From Mantamonas sphyraenae STR306 (lineage: Eukaryota > Protista > CRuMs), in NCBI GenBank assembly GCA_026936335.1, contig JAPMXV010000032.1, positions 62,001-126,000 of the forward strand: a stretch of DNA of 64,000 bases, read 5' to 3'. This document shows positions 36,450-49,900 of this stretch, piece by piece. The notes under the pieces were generated by a model that had not been told where the DNA came from, did not search any database, and was given only the letters and a program-made list of their open reading frames with translations. Position 1 is the first letter of the stretch; each line of letters starts with the position of its first letter. The position numbers and the translations under genes are program-made.

Positions 36450-36632
36450 GCTGATTGTGCTTGCTTGCGGTTGTGTTGAGCACGTGTGCGCGGGTCGCCT
36501 TCCGTGGCCTACAGCCTGTCCAGTGTGCACTTCGATCACAGTGGCCACGTCACTGTGAAGCCATGCCAGCCGTATTATCCTGTTTCATTGCTCCTGTTCC
36601 GCCGCCGCCGTTGCACCCAGCACTTCAGCGAC

Positions 36633-37334
36633 ATGTTTGCCCGCACTCGCAAACGAATGGCCGACGCCACAACCACCATGGACATCCAGCACCTGATGAA
36701 GCGCCATCCTGCCTGCATTGTGCTGAGCACTCCTGCGTCCATGCCCGTGTACATGGTTGAATGTGAGGCTGAGCAGCGAGACCAAGACGACGGTGAGTGG
36801 CAACCTCAACATCTGCAGTTTGCCACCCTGCTCGACCCAGACGACATCAACCACATTCTGGACGCAGACGACGCCGTTCCTTTGAGCCAAGAATCACCCA
36901 TCATTCTCAGCTACCGTGTTCTTGATCCAGAGGAGCAGCTTGCCGGTCCGCGTGACCAACACGACAACCCGTTCCACGGCCACAACCCGAATCCAAACTT
37001 TGTCGCACGCATGCACCGCGTCCTCTGGGAGCATGCACACACAATAGACGAGGTTGTCCACCAAGCGGAAGTCCTTGGCGACGGCCCGCTCGCCCTCGTC
37101 GACACACGCATGCTTTTCCGCCACGGTGACAACCATGCAAAGGCCATTGCCAGCATTACCAACGAGGACATCATCGGCTACGCGCAGGCAGTCGATGGAC
37201 ACGTTCAACAGAACAGTTGGACCATGAATCCCCACCACACAATCCTCCACCCCGTCGACAAGCTCGTCTCCCTTCCAATGTCCATCGCCGACCTCCTTGT
37301 ACAGTCCCTGCGCTCAGAGGCCGGGCTGATGTGA
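36633..37334 (+). CDS. Conserved hypothetical protein, possibly mitochondrial
   Basis: Intronless ORF; NPNFVARMH..LVDTR..EDIIG..V.G..NP pattern resembles, from recall, an uncharacterised fungal/bacterial family. Confidence 0.6.
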   Translation: MFARTRKRMADATTTMDIQHLMKRHPACIVLSTPASMPVYMVECEAEQRDQDDGEWQPQHLQFATLLDPDDINHILDADDAVPLSQESPIILSYRVLDPEEQLAGPRDQHDNPFHGHNPNPNFVARMHRVLWEHAHTIDEVVHQAEVLGDGPLALVDTRMLFRHGDNHAKAIASITNEDIIGYAQAVDGHVQQNSWTMNPHHTILHPVDKLVSLPMSIADLLVQSLRSEAGLM

Positions 37335-37452
37335 TTGTGGTCGCAACAGCATCAGCATCAATGGAGACCAACGAGTTTCCTCTTTCATTTCCAACTTTCT
37401 CGTTGTTCCCCAAAAACCTTGCTGCCAACCGCACAGCACACATGCTTCACCC

Positions 37453-39577
37453 TCAGGCAAACAGCATGCCGATGGCGCGTTCAATATCGCCGTTGTTCTG
37501 TTCCAGGGCATCGATGATGCGCGCTTCGTCGTTGATGCCGAGATCCATGATCTGACTGATCTCGTTGGCGTATTTACGCTCTGCCTCTGAGAAGCCATCG
37601 TCGTTGCCGATGTTGTCGTTGTTGCTGTTTTTGGTGCCTGTTCCCTCGGCCATCTGCTTCTTGAGCTCCTGAAGTTCCGCAAGAAGGCGCGTGTTCTGCT
37701 CCAGAGCGCCCTTGAACTTTTCCCGCAGCTCGTTATACATCTCCGTCGTGATGGTGTCCTCGCCCGCACTTCCGTCGCTGCTGCTTCCACCGCCACTCTT
37801 GCCCTTGCCCTTCACATCGTCCTCGCCGCCCTGTTCCTGGGCCTTTACCTTGCGCACAATCTCCACAAAAGATCTTGGGCAGCTCTGTCTTCAGGCTCAC
37901 ACGCAGCGTGCTCATCACCTCATCAACCTGCTCTCCGTCGAGTTTGTACTCCACGGGACGCTTCGTCTCCGCCAGCTGGATGCCGCTCTCTGCGCTTTCC
38001 GTGGCCTCCACAATCACTTTCTCCAGCAACTCGTTGAGGTTGTACTTGAGCATGGTCGAGTCCACAGACGACACAGACTCCTCCCGCATCAAGTTGTCCT
38101 CCTGGTCACCTCCCTCCAGGCCTGCGGACATCCACTTCTCCACCACGCTCTTTGCCGTCGATTTGTTGTCGTCTGTCTCGTCGCTGCTCTTCTGCAGCTT
38201 CATCAGCGTGCGTGTGAGCTGCGACTGCCGCAGCTTGTCCTGTCGCACCGGCAGCAAGAACAGCAACGACAGCACGATGTGGCGCACGGTTGCGTCTGAA
38301 GACGCGTACGTTCCGTCCGGCATGGGCGACAGCCATTCGCGGAACACCTTGTACACGCCGTGGTCCACAAACAGCTCTTTCAGCTCCGGGTGCGAGATGC
38401 GTGTCATCAGGCTCTTCACAAGCTGCTTCTTGGCCATTCCCGTGTTCTTTTCCACGTACGCCTTCTTGTCCGCCTCGCAGGCGTCGCGCATCCTATGAAT
38501 CGTGTGAGGGGGGGGGGGGGATAGGTGGTACGTGCGCATCGTGTGTGCGTGTGCAGATGCGTTCACCCGTGGTTTGGTGTCAGCGGCACGTGTTTGGGCT
38601 TGAGCCGTCTATTCCGAGCCCTAACTGCACCTTTCCAGGAAGCTCTCCACCTTGGCGTCCACGCTGTAGTGGATCCTTCCGTTGTCGTTCAACTTGTTCG
38701 TCCTGTGCATGTGTATTGTCCCGCGTGCAGCACATAGCATGCAGAGTAGCGACGGTGCCCCGTTTTCCTGGTCAGAGGGTTATGTTCACGAATTCTCCCG
38801 AAACCCAAACCCGCACGCCCGCACACCTACTTGATGAACTTTTGCACATCCTCCGCCGTGCTGCTTGAGTCCAGATACGTCATGATGTTCATGAACGTGT
38901 CCACGTCCACCCAGCCCAGGCCCTTCTCGTCGCCCGATTGGAACGCGTTTGCAATCTCCTCGTGGTTGTACTTGCCTGCATACTCCTCAGCAAGGAGTTC
39001 CAACAGATCCAACACAGCCAAGTCATGTTGCTTGCGCTTTTGCTTGGCCTTGAAGCTTTCCGACATGTTGCCTGTGGCCGGAAGGTGGAAATAATGGCGT
39101 CAGCGCAAACTCACAAAGGTTGTTTTCCCGTGTCCCGCTCTCCTCCTGGGCCTTGCGTGGGTCCACTCTCTGGTCTGGTGTCTTTCCGCTCAATATCTCC
39201 CTCCCTGTCTGCGTTCACTCACCTCCGGTGATGCCAACGTCGGTTCCGTTGTTGTTGCCACTGCTTGTCTCGCCACCGCCGTTGTTGCTGCTGCTGCCGG
39301 CCCCTTGCTTTGGCGCCGCCTCAAAGTGCAGTCGCAGCAGCTTGTTGGCTGTGGACTGTGCAGCGGTAAACAGAGCGTGCAGCTCGCTGGTGCTGCCCAC
39401 GGGCTCACCACTCGTGTCCGACAGCTTCCAGTCCGTTTGCGTGTTGTCCAAGTCCACTGCAAACAGGCTCAGCAGCCGATCCACAAAGCTGTTCAGATCC
39501 TTCTTCTGACCCTCGTCGTCCACCTGAAAGCGGCGGTTCTGTCCTTCGCACTTGACCTTGACCGAGATGTTGACCAT
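37453..39577 (-). CDS. PB1 - EF-hand pair - IWS1/TFIIS N-terminal - coiled coil - UBA protein (one apparent 1-nt insertion near 37868)
   Basis: Exons 39577-39223, 39071-38831, 38702-38631, 38492-37453 with phase-compatible GT-AG introns. PB1 (VKVKCEGQNRRF), EF hands (DEKGLGWVD, NDNGRIHY), IWS1-like EWLSPMPDG..VVEKW, UBA IMDLGI..ALEQNNGDIERAIGML. Confidence 0.75.
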
Positions 39578-39640
39578 GGCGAGATTTTTGCTGCGCGCCC
39601 GGGCGCTGCAGCTGCCAAGTCAAACAACACCGCACCCACG

Positions 39641-40173
39641 ATGTCCAAGCGCGGCCTCGCCCTGTTTGGCTCTCTCAAGACCAGCACCTCTGCCGTTTCC
39701 TCCAACTCGGCCGCCACAGTCAGCCGTGCCGGCATTCACACACGCACAGGCGGCCTCCGAGGCGGCGCTTCCAACCACGGCCCGCTCGTCGACACCGTCA
39801 AGCAGCAGCATCTTCTCGGTGTCAAGGTACGCAGCATCCACCTCCATTCACGTTCGACTCTCGTGCACCTCTTTTGCCCCTTCCACGTTCCTTTGGCCTT
39901 CCAACTGCCCGTTCTCCCTTGCCCTCTGTGCGATTTCGTTCCGACGCATTCCGCGGCGCGAGCGGTCGATTTCCCTCTGCCGCCCCGCTCACGCTCCCAC
40001 TGCAGCCACAGCCCGGCATCGCCTCCAAAACCGAGTCCTGGGAGTTTCCTTTTTATGCTAGCATGATTGCTGCCACGGTCATGGTCACAGTCGGTCTCAG
40101 CTACAAGCCCGAAACCTCCATCAAGGTTTGGGCCCGCGAGGAGTATGAGGAGCGCAAGAGCAACGGCCAATGA
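39641..40173 (+). CDS. NDUFB11: NADH:ubiquinone oxidoreductase subunit NDUFB11 (ESSS)
   Basis: Mitochondrial presequence; intron 39827-40005; ESWE..Y + TM + YKPETSIKVWAREE signature. Confidence 0.8.
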
Positions 40174-40219
40174 GAGGTCCACCACCTTGAAAACAAAAAA
40201 CATAGCTTGTTTCGCGTCA

Positions 40220-42239
40220 TCATCCCTCCATCAGCGGCTTCACCTGCTCCTTCAGCCATGCCAGCGCGTCTGGGAACTCTTCCAACCGTGGGCTCAGACT
40301 CTCCCACACCATCTGATGGTATGCATCCACCCATGCCACGTCCTGGTCACTCATCACCTCCATGTCGATAAGACTGCGCTGCAGCGGTGCCATGGTGATC
40401 GTCTCAAACGCGTAGTACTCGTCGTCTTCAAACCGATGTGGCGTCTCTGCCTCCACCACAATCATCACATCTTCGATGCGGATGCCAAAGTGGTCGCGCT
40501 CGTAGTACCCGGGCTCATTTGTCATCGTCATTCCAGGCACCATGGCCACGCTGCTCGGCCGCGTACCCACTCCTTGCGGACCCTCGTGCACGTTCAGAAA
40601 CGATCCCACGCCGTGTCCTGTGCCGTGTCGATAGTCCAGTCCGTCTTGCCACAGAAACATACGTGCACACGTGTCCATCTTGTCTCCCGTCGTGCCCTTG
40701 GGCCACACCATCTTTGCCAGAGCAATGTGTCCCTGCAGCACACGCGTGTAGCAACGCCGTTCGTGTGCCGTCGGCTCATGGAAGCTTACCGTGCGTGTCA
40801 CGTCGGTTGTACCGTCCCTGTACTGCGCTCCAGAATCGATCAGGTACAACGCGTCCCGCGCAATGTCGGCGCACGTCTCCGGTTCCGGCTGGTAGTGGAT
40901 CACCGCCCCGTTGGCTCCTGACGACGAAATGGACGGGAAGCTGAGACCTTGGAACAGGTCTCCCTCGCTGCGCAACGCCTCCAGCTTGTCAGCCACCGAG
41001 CATTCCGTCAATGTCTCCCCGTTCTCCACGGCCTTGTGCATCCAGTGCAGGAAGCGCACCAGCGCCACTCCGTCTCTTACATGGCACTCCCGCATGCCTT
41101 TCAGCTCCACCTCGTTCTTGATCGCCTTGGCCAATGGGATGGGGGACTCCGCTTTGCGTTTGTTCTCCGTCGCCATTGCCAGGGCAACACTTGTCGATCC
41201 GGCATCCATCAGGATCGTGTTGAGCTGAGAAAGCTCCTCCAACACGGGTTGGATGTCCTGGTACCCGTGGACGCACACCAGACCCTGCAGATGTTCCAGG
41301 ACCGTGTTGTTCACCTTGCGTGGATCCACAAACCAGTGGGCCGTCTCTCGCGTCAGCACCACGTAGCTGATGCACACGGGGTTGAACGGCACATCCGAGC
41401 CACGGATGTTCAGCAGCCACGCCACCTCGTCCAGTGCTGACACAAGAAGCGCTTCTCCTTCCTTTGGCCGGAATCGCTTCAGCTTGTCCGCCACACTCTC
41501 CCCAGCGTACTCGTCCGGCTGCACCTGCACCGCACCCATCGGCTCACTGGGCATGTGCGATCCACACACGCGTTCCCACACTCCGTGCACCAGGCCCGTA
41601 CAATCGGTCTTGAATGTCACCTGCGCCGCCAGCTCCTGCACGCTCTTTTCCAGCCCCTCGTACTGGGCTGTGTGTACATTGCATTGCCATGCTCATGCGC
41701 CTGTCAGAGTCGTCGTTGTACACACAACACCCCCTCCAACTTCACTTACCCCATCGCAGCCGGAAGCCGTCCAACCCGACAACAAACTCCTGGTCCTCTC
41801 CGGCCGCCTCCGCCAGCCATTCTGCCAAGGTAGGCTCGCCCTTTGCCCCCGCTCGCACCAGCTGCCACAGATTGCCCTCGAGTTGGGCTTCTGCTTGCAG
41901 CCAGTAGCGCCCATCTGTGAAGAGTGCTGCCTTGTCCGCCGTCACCACGGCCGTGCCAGCAGAGCCTGTGAACCCCGTCACAAACGCTCGCAGCTGATCG
42001 TACGGGCTCACATACTCACTGTTATGTGCATCTTGTGTCCACACAACAAATGCCTGCACTCCACACTCCTTCATCGCCTCTCGCAGCGCGCCGAGCACCA
42101 CGCCCGGGTCTGCCTTGTTTCCTGCTGACCCGCTGCTCGAGCCAGAGCCGGAGCCACTGCTCGTTTGCACTCCCGTTGTGCTCACTGTCGTTTCGTTCGT
42201 CTCCTTCTCCACCACTGTTGGTTCCACACTCTCACTCAT
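40220..42239 (-). CDS. XPNPEP1: Xaa-Pro aminopeptidase (aminopeptidase P, M24B)
   Basis: DAHNSEY, TGFTGSAG, TDGRY, LIDSGAQYRDGTTDVTRT, HGTGHGVG, VHEGP, NEPGYY, GIRIED; intron 41749-41668. Confidence 0.95.
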
Positions 42240-42346
42240 GCCTTGTGCCACTACTTTTGTGTTTGACACAGACGTCGCTCGCCTCCGTCCACCACAATCA
42301 CACCGCCTCTGCACACCCACGCAGACACACACGCATACCATACGCT

Positions 42347-43613
42347 ATGTTCTCTCGTGCATCCTCTCGTGCCTCCGTGGCCCTTCGCTCCTGCACGGTC
42401 GTCTCCTCCGATACGGCCTCCAGCGCAATTGCGGCTGCCCTCCACACTGCGCCGTCTCTCCTCGACGCCGTCCAGCCGGTCAGCGCGGACGACGTTAAAA
42501 CTGTCGGTGTTGTAGGTACGTGTATTCCGTGCGCTTAGACTCGACTGAGTGACCGTGCCCATGCGGCCCTCGTTCTCCATCTCCCGTGTCCTGTGTGTCC
42601 GCACAAACGCTCCGATGGATGTCGTTGAAACTCACCTCTGGCTCTTGGACCCCACGCAGGCGCCGGCCAGATGGGCTTTGGAATCTGCCAGGTTGCTGCG
42701 CAGAATGCAGGTCGCGACGTGATTGCCTTTGACACCAGCGAGGCAAACCTGGAGCGCTACAACGCACTGATGTGCAAGAACTTGGACAAGGCCGTGAGCA
42801 AGGGCAAGATGAGCGAGGAGGACGCCGAGGCCACCAAGGGCCGTGTCCGCCTCACCACAGACATTGGAGAACTGCAGAACGCAGACTTTGTCATTGAGGC
42901 TGTATCGGAGAAGCTCGAGCTGAAGCAAAAGCTGTTTTCCCAGCTCGACGAGCTCACTCGTCCCGAAGCAATCCTCGCCACAAACACCAGCAGCATCTCC
43001 ATCACAAAGATTGCTGCAAGCACCAAACGTGCCGACAAGGTCATCGGCATGCACTGTAAGTTGCGCTGCGGTCAGTCCTTCCTGAACTCTCCCCGTGTTG
43101 CAAGCATGCTCCAAACGTCTGTGCATGCGTTAACCCTGACGACGACGACGCTCCTATGTCCCATGTAACATGCCATGCCGCACAGTTATGAACCCGGTGC
43201 CTGTGATGAAGCTGGTGGAGATCATCTCCGGACTGGCTACCTCAGAGGCCACCCTGGACACCACACTGGCCCTCAGCGCCCAGATGGGCAAGGAGACGGC
43301 CCAAAGCAAGGACGTACCTGGTTTCATTGCCAACCGCATCCTCATGCCCTACATCAACGAGGCCGTCGAGGCTCTCAAGGAAGGCCTCGCCGACCGCAGC
43401 GACATTGACAAGTGCATGAAGCTTGGGTGCGGAGTTCCCATGGGCCCGCTTACCCTGGCCGACTTTATTGGCCTGGACACCTGTCTCGCCATCATGCGAG
43501 TCCTCCACACCGAGCTGGGCGATTCCAAGTACCGTCCTTCCACCTATCTCGTCAAGATGGTCGATGCAGGCTATCTTGGCGTCAAGAGCGGCAAGGGGTT
43601 CTTCGATTACTGA
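42347..43613 (+). CDS. 3-hydroxybutyryl-CoA dehydrogenase, mitochondrial
   Basis: GVVGAGQMG, VIEAVSE, ATNTSSISIT, GMHFMNPVPVM, PGFIANR, PMGPLTLADFIGLD, KSGKGF; introns 42516-42659 and 43056-43185. Confidence 0.93.
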
Positions 43614-43959
43614 GTAGTCACGCAAAATGAACCGATGCAACTTCCAGCTGCGAGTTTTTCTTGGAAAGCGGGTGGGATGTGTCTTGCCGCTTGCCGCGAA
43701 CCTGCGCGCCCTTTGCCAACGTCGCACATCAACACACCACCCCCGCATCACTCGGCATTTGAAGTTCCCCCAACTCAAACGACGAGGCACACACATCTAT
43801 CCCCCACTACATCGACCACACGTCAGCGACGACACACACACATCTCTGCACTGTAGAACACCATCAACCGCACAAGTTCGCTCGAAAATCCGCACGAACC
43901 ACACACCCGACTCAAAACGCACAAGCAGACACTCTCAACACACAACACATACACACAAC

Positions 43960-46900
43960 ATGGACACTTCATCCCATTTGCAATCCAACATCACACACAC
44001 CGGTACGTTGACCAGAGCGGTGCGAACACGCACGCTTCCAGCGTGGCCAAACCCGCACGCGCGAACCTGTCAAACGGCTAGCCGTCAAGGGCCCCACACA
44101 TGCACAACGTCCCTCCCAACCTCCACTGCACACCGCCACTGCCTTTCCACACATATTGGACATTCTTCATATGCCCCGCATGGTCCATGCAGTCCTTACT
44201 CACCCGCCACGCGCACTTCACGCGCAAATCCGGAGCAGACAAAGAGAACACGTCGGAATCCGGCCCGGCCGGCCTTTTCACCCCGTCCCCGTTCAAGAAG
44301 GCCAACCAGTCCGACAACCTGGACATCAGCGGTATTTCTGTCCGCTCTCCATTCCAGGTGGTGGTCAGCAACCACCAGGGACCCGTCATTCAGGCCCAGG
44401 GTGCTGCCAAGCAAAAGCCCGCGCAAACCAACGGCAAGATCTTTCAAATGGCTTTCAGCCCCGTCGTCGCCACCAAGTCGGCCCCCACCGACGAGCAGGA
44501 CAACGACGACACCGCCACCACCACCACCACCGGCAACATGTTTTCCCTCAGCATTTCCCCCCCCAAGGCGCAAGCCGACGATGCTGCCAAGGACAACACC
44601 GCCAACAACAACAACGACGACGGGCCCAGCATGTTCGCCCTCACCATCTCGCCTCCGGCAGCCACCAAGAGCAGCAGCAGCGCAATCCCCCAGCGCGATG
44701 TGCAGCTCAACGCTGACCAGACCGAGTTCCCCGTCCTCTATCTCGAGCGCTTCGCAGGTGTGCCCTGGGTCAAGTTTGACAAGGTGCCCGCTGGAGGCAA
44801 GCGCGTCCGCCAGCTCAAGCTCCGCAACGACGGCAACAAGGACGCCCATGTGAGCATTGATCACGTGCCCACCGACTACGCCTTCTCTCTCTCTCACTAC
44901 GCCGACATCACTGTCCCGGCTCAGAGCTCCTTCGACCTCTTCATCACCTGGGAACCCGAGGCCGAAATCGTTGGCAACATCCGTCAGAAGCTCAAGTTTG
45001 TTTGGAACAACAAGCACAAGCTCGAGGCCATCCTCTTTGGCACCGTTACCATTGCCAAGAAGAACAAGGCCGGCACGTCCAAGCGCCGCAAGCTCCACAG
45101 CTACGCCGGTGCACCCAAGAAGCGTCGCGTCGTTCCTGAGGACACAAACGAGGCCAAGGACGATTCCTCTTCCTCTTCCTCCTCCTCCTCCTCCTCCTCC
45201 AAGGCCATCCAGCGCACCTCTACCGAGGAGGCCGCTGCAGCTTCCGTTGCGCGCCGCACCTGGGATATCCGAGACCGCCGCGTCGACCCGCTCCCGTTTG
45301 TCGGCGCCACCCCCCAGTCCAGTGCCAAGACGGCCCCCAAGTCGTCCTGCAAGCAGCGTCGCCGCATGTACAAGGAGGAGGGCGCCATCGGCCTGCCCTT
45401 TGTCGCCTCCAAGCGACCCACCGCGGCCAAGCCCTTCCAGTTCAAGACCGGCAAGGAAATCGCAGCCACCACCCTGGCCAACGACGACACAGCTCCCACT
45501 GGCGATGAGCAGTTTGCAGTGTTTGCCCCGCCGGCTGCTCTCGACTCCAGTGTCGTTAGCGTCGCCAGCCTCAACACGACCACCGACAGCTTCGCCGACG
45601 ACTTTGTCGTGCATACCGTCGATGACGCCACCAAGGAGAACCGTGAGGCCGCCGCTGCTCTCGTTGCCCCGGCCACCATCAGCCACAAGAAGCAGAAGGC
45701 CAAGGCTGGAGGCTTCAAGCCCCTCGAGGCCCAGGCTGCCGAGCCCGTCAAGACCCAGGACAAGACAAACGCAAAGGCAAAGGCCAAGACCGCCCCCAAG
45801 CCCAAGCGCAACACTTCGGCCAAGGTCAACACCGCCCGTGCCACCACCATGCCTTCCAGCTCCTTTGGGAAGCGCCGTGGTGCTGCCAAGCCGGCGTCCA
45901 AGACCCTCAAATTGAGCAGCAAGAAGCACAGCGCCAGCAGCTCCAGCAGCTCCAGCTCCAGCAGCAGCAGCAGCACTGAGCCGGTCTCCTCCACCTTCAA
46001 AGCCAAGAACATGCTCTACGACGAGCAGTGGGCCGAGAAGCAGGATCGCGCTTTCACGCGCTGGCTCAACCATGCGTTTGGCACCGACCAGGACACCGTG
46101 CCTGTGCTCGCCGCACGCGCTTCGACCAAACCCAAGAACTACAGCCAGATGCTCGCGCAGCGCAATGAGCTCCAGCTGCGCCGCCGCTGCTGGCAGATCT
46201 TCCACTCGGACATGTTTTCCGACGTCATCTTCCGCCTGGAAGAGGAGATCGAACAGGGTCGCCTCCTGGTGCGCGCCGACAAGAACATGTACGCCGATGT
46301 CGGGCTCCGTCGCGAGGTGCTCGACCTGGTGGCCAACTTCAACAGCACCTGGGTGCGCCTTGCCCTGGAGACCATTTATGGTCAGCAAATCCGCGTCCGC
46401 GACTCGGAGACCCAGCGCGCAGCCACCGAGCGCTTCATGGTGTCCCGCATGCTGTTTGACGACAACATTGCCGCCGAGTACGAGTCCAGCACCACCGCTG
46501 GTATCTATCGCGAAGGCTACGAGGCTGCCTTGGCCAAGTTCACCCTCAAGAAGTTCCTCCTTTTGGTGTTCTTTATGGAGACTGCCAAGGCCGAGCGCAT
46601 CATCGCCTCGGATCCGTGCCTGTTTGAGGTCAACGCACACATCAAGTCCACACGCGATGTGCTGCTCACCTTTTCCAAGGAGTACCTCAGTGGCGAGGGC
46701 GACCTGACTCGCCATTTGTCCTTCCTGGGCATGAGCTTTTCGCACGCACAAGTGCCCCTGCACGAGTTTGACTTCAACGTGAACAACCTGGCCACCGACC
46801 TGCGTGACGGAGTTCGTCTGTGCATGCTTGTGCAGAGCCTGACTGGAACCGACGCCGATCTGCTGGCCCAGCTGCGCATGCCGGCCATCAGCCTTGTGCA

Positions 46901-49900
46901 GAAGCGCCACAACGTCGGAGTCGCCCTCAACTTCCTCGCCGAGGAGGGCGTACATTTCACAGGCATCCGTGGTGGGGTCAAGGTCAATGACATCGTCGAG
47001 GGACACCGCGAAAAGACCCTGTTCCTGCTGTGGAACCTGATCATGAACTACCAGATCCCGTCGCTGCTCAGTCTGCACGACCTCAAGGACGAGATCCAGA
47101 TTGTGCGCAGCAACACACAGGGCCAGTGGGCCCACGACGAGTACAACGCCGAGCTGCAGAAGATGCAAGAGCAGGTTGTGTACGTGGACAACGAATACGC
47201 CGAGCTGCTGCTCAAGTGGGCCCAGGCCATTTGCGCCTCTTATGGCATGGCGGTGAAGAATCTGAGCACTTCATTCAGCGACGGCAAGGCCCTGTGCTTC
47301 ATCATCGGCTACTACCACCCGGAACTGCTGCCCATCTCGGGAATCAAGAGCACCACCTCCGACCTGCCCAAGAACCACTACCAGGAGGAGATGGAGGACA
47401 ACAACGCCGAGGATGCAGGCACTGACGCAGGAAAGTGGTTCCGCTCGTACAACTTTGCGGTGGGCGACCAGGCCCTGGAGAACGCCCTGGGCAACGAGCG
47501 CCAGAACTTCAAGATGATCTACGAGGCTGTGCAAAGCCTTGGTGGCGTGCCCGCCCTCGTGCGCTCCAAGGACATGGTTGACACCATCCCCAGTGAGCCG
47601 TGTGTCATCTCGTACCTGGCTTTCCTGGCATCGCGCCTGATCGATTTGTCTCACGAGACTCGTGCTGCGCTCAAGATCCAGCGTGCTTACCGTGCGTACA
47701 ACAAGGCACTGGTTGAGATCCGCATGGCTGCCAGCGTCAAGGTGATCCAGCGCCTCGCTCGCGTGTTTCTGGCTCGCCGACAATTGCAGAAGCAGATCAA
47801 GAGCGCAACGATGATGCAGGCTGTGTTCCGTGGCCACCAGGCTCGCAAGGCCTACCGCTCGGAGCGCAAGGCTGTGGTCACGGTGCAAAGCGCAGCCCGT
47901 CGCCTGTTTGCCAAGCGCCGTGTGCAGCAGCAGCGAACCATTCGCGAGATTCTCGCCACAGGCCTTGTTCGCCGCCAGGAGCTCATCGACCGCCGTGTGC
48001 AGAAGAAACTGGACTCGGCCGCCACCAGCATCCAGGCTGTGTTCCGTGGTTTTGCTGCTGCCAAGCAGTACAGCCAGCTCAAGGCCGCAGCTGTGGTTTG
48101 CCAGAAGATCGCCCGTGGCAACGCCGACCGTGCTTTCGTCAAGCAGGTGCGTGCTGCCACCAAGGTGCAGGCCACCGTGCGTGCCTTCCAAGGACGCCAG
48201 GCCTTCCTGGCCCAGAAGCAGGCTGCCATCGCCGTGCAGGCTGCCTTCCGTGGTCACCAGGGACGCAAGTTTGCCGTGTTTGTGCGCTGCGTGCGCTTCA
48301 CACAGGCTCTGCGTCGCCGTGTCGTGGCCCGCCGTGCCTTTGTGGCCCAGAAGCAGGCAGCCATTGCGCTGCAGGCCACTGTGCGCGGATTCATTGCGCG
48401 CAGCAAGTACGTGGAACTGAAGGAGGCTGCAGTCACCATGCAGTCTGTGTTCCGCGGCAAGCAGGCACGCGAGCATGTGCAGCAGATTCGCGCTGCCATC
48501 AAGATCCAGGCAGCGTTCCGTGGCCATGTGCAGCGTGAGGCATACCTGGAGATGGTGGAGGCTGCAAGCTGCATCCAGGAGCGTGTGCGTGCATGGTTCT
48601 ACCAACGCGACGCTCGCAGCGTGTTTGTTGCCCAGCGCGAGAGCGCCGTTGCCATCCAGGCTGTGTTCCGTGGCTTTGCTGCTGCCAAGCAGTACAGCCA
48701 GCTCAAGGCCGCAGCTGTGGTTTGCCAGAAGATCGCCCGTGGCAACGCCGACCGTGCTTTCGTCAAGCAGGTGCGTGCTGCCACCAAGGTGCAGGCCACC
48801 GTGCGTGCCTTCCAAGGACGCCAGGCCTTCCTGGCCCAGAAGCAGGCTGCCATCGCCGTGCAGGCTGCCTTCCGTGGTCACCAGGGACGCAAGTTTGCCG
48901 TGTTTGTGCGCTGCGTGCGCTTCACACAGGCTCTGCGTCGCCGTGTCGTGGCCCGCCGTGCCTTTGTGGCCCAGAAGCAGGCAGCCATTGCGCTGCAGGC
49001 CACTGTGCGTGGATTCATTGCGCGCAGCAAGTACGTGGAGCTGAAGGAGGCTGCAGTCACCATGCAGTCTGTGTTCCGCGGCAAGCAGGCACGCGAGCAT
49101 GTGCAGCAGATTCGCGCTGCCATCAAGATCCAGGCAGCGTTCCGTGGCCACGTGCAGCGTGAGGCATACCTGGAGATGGTGGAGGCTGCAAGCTGCATCC
49201 AGGAGCGTGTGCGTGCATGGTTCTACCAACGCGACGCTCGCAGCGTGTTTGTTGCCCAGCGCGAGAGCGCCGTTGCCATCCAGGCTGTGTTCCGTGGCTT
49301 TGCTGCTGCCAAGCAGTACAGCCAGCTCAAGGCCGCAGCTGTGGTTTGCCAGAAGATCGCCCGTGGCAACGCCGACCGTGCTTTCGTCAAGCAGGTGCGT
49401 GCTGCCACCAAGGTGCAGGCCACCGTGCGTGCCTTCCAAGGACGCCAGGCCTTCCTGGCCCAGAAGCAGGCTGCCATCGCCGTGCAGGCTGCCTTCCGTG
49501 GTCACCAGGGACGCAAGTTTGCCGTGTTTGTGCGCTGCGTGCGCTTCACACAGGCTCTGCGTCGCCGTGTCGTGGCCCGCCGTGCCTTTGTGGCCCAGAA
49601 GCAGGCAGCCATTGCGCTGCAGGCCACTGTGCGCGGATTCATTGCGCGCAGCAAGTACGTGGAGCTGAAGGAGGCTGCAGTCACCATGCAGTCTGTGTTC
49701 CGCGGCAAGCAGGCACGCGAGCATGTGCAGCAGATTCGCGCTGCCATCAAGATCCAGGCAGCGTTCCGTGGCCATGTGCAGCGTGAGGCGTACCTGGAGA
49801 TGGTGGAGGCTGCCACGACAGTGCAGTCTGTGTTCCGTGGTCACCTTGATCGTCAACACGTGCAGCGCATCCGTGCTGCAATCAAGATCCAGGCTGCCTT

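Noticed and set aside
37860-37875. Separate UBA gene or programmed frameshift
   Set aside because: Removing one base from a 4-nt homopolymer gives continuous PKIFVEIVRKV; a homopolymer sequencing error is more likely.
48030-49815. CRISPR array or mobile element
   Set aside because: Repeats are long in-frame coding units without spacers or terminal repeats; eukaryotic context.
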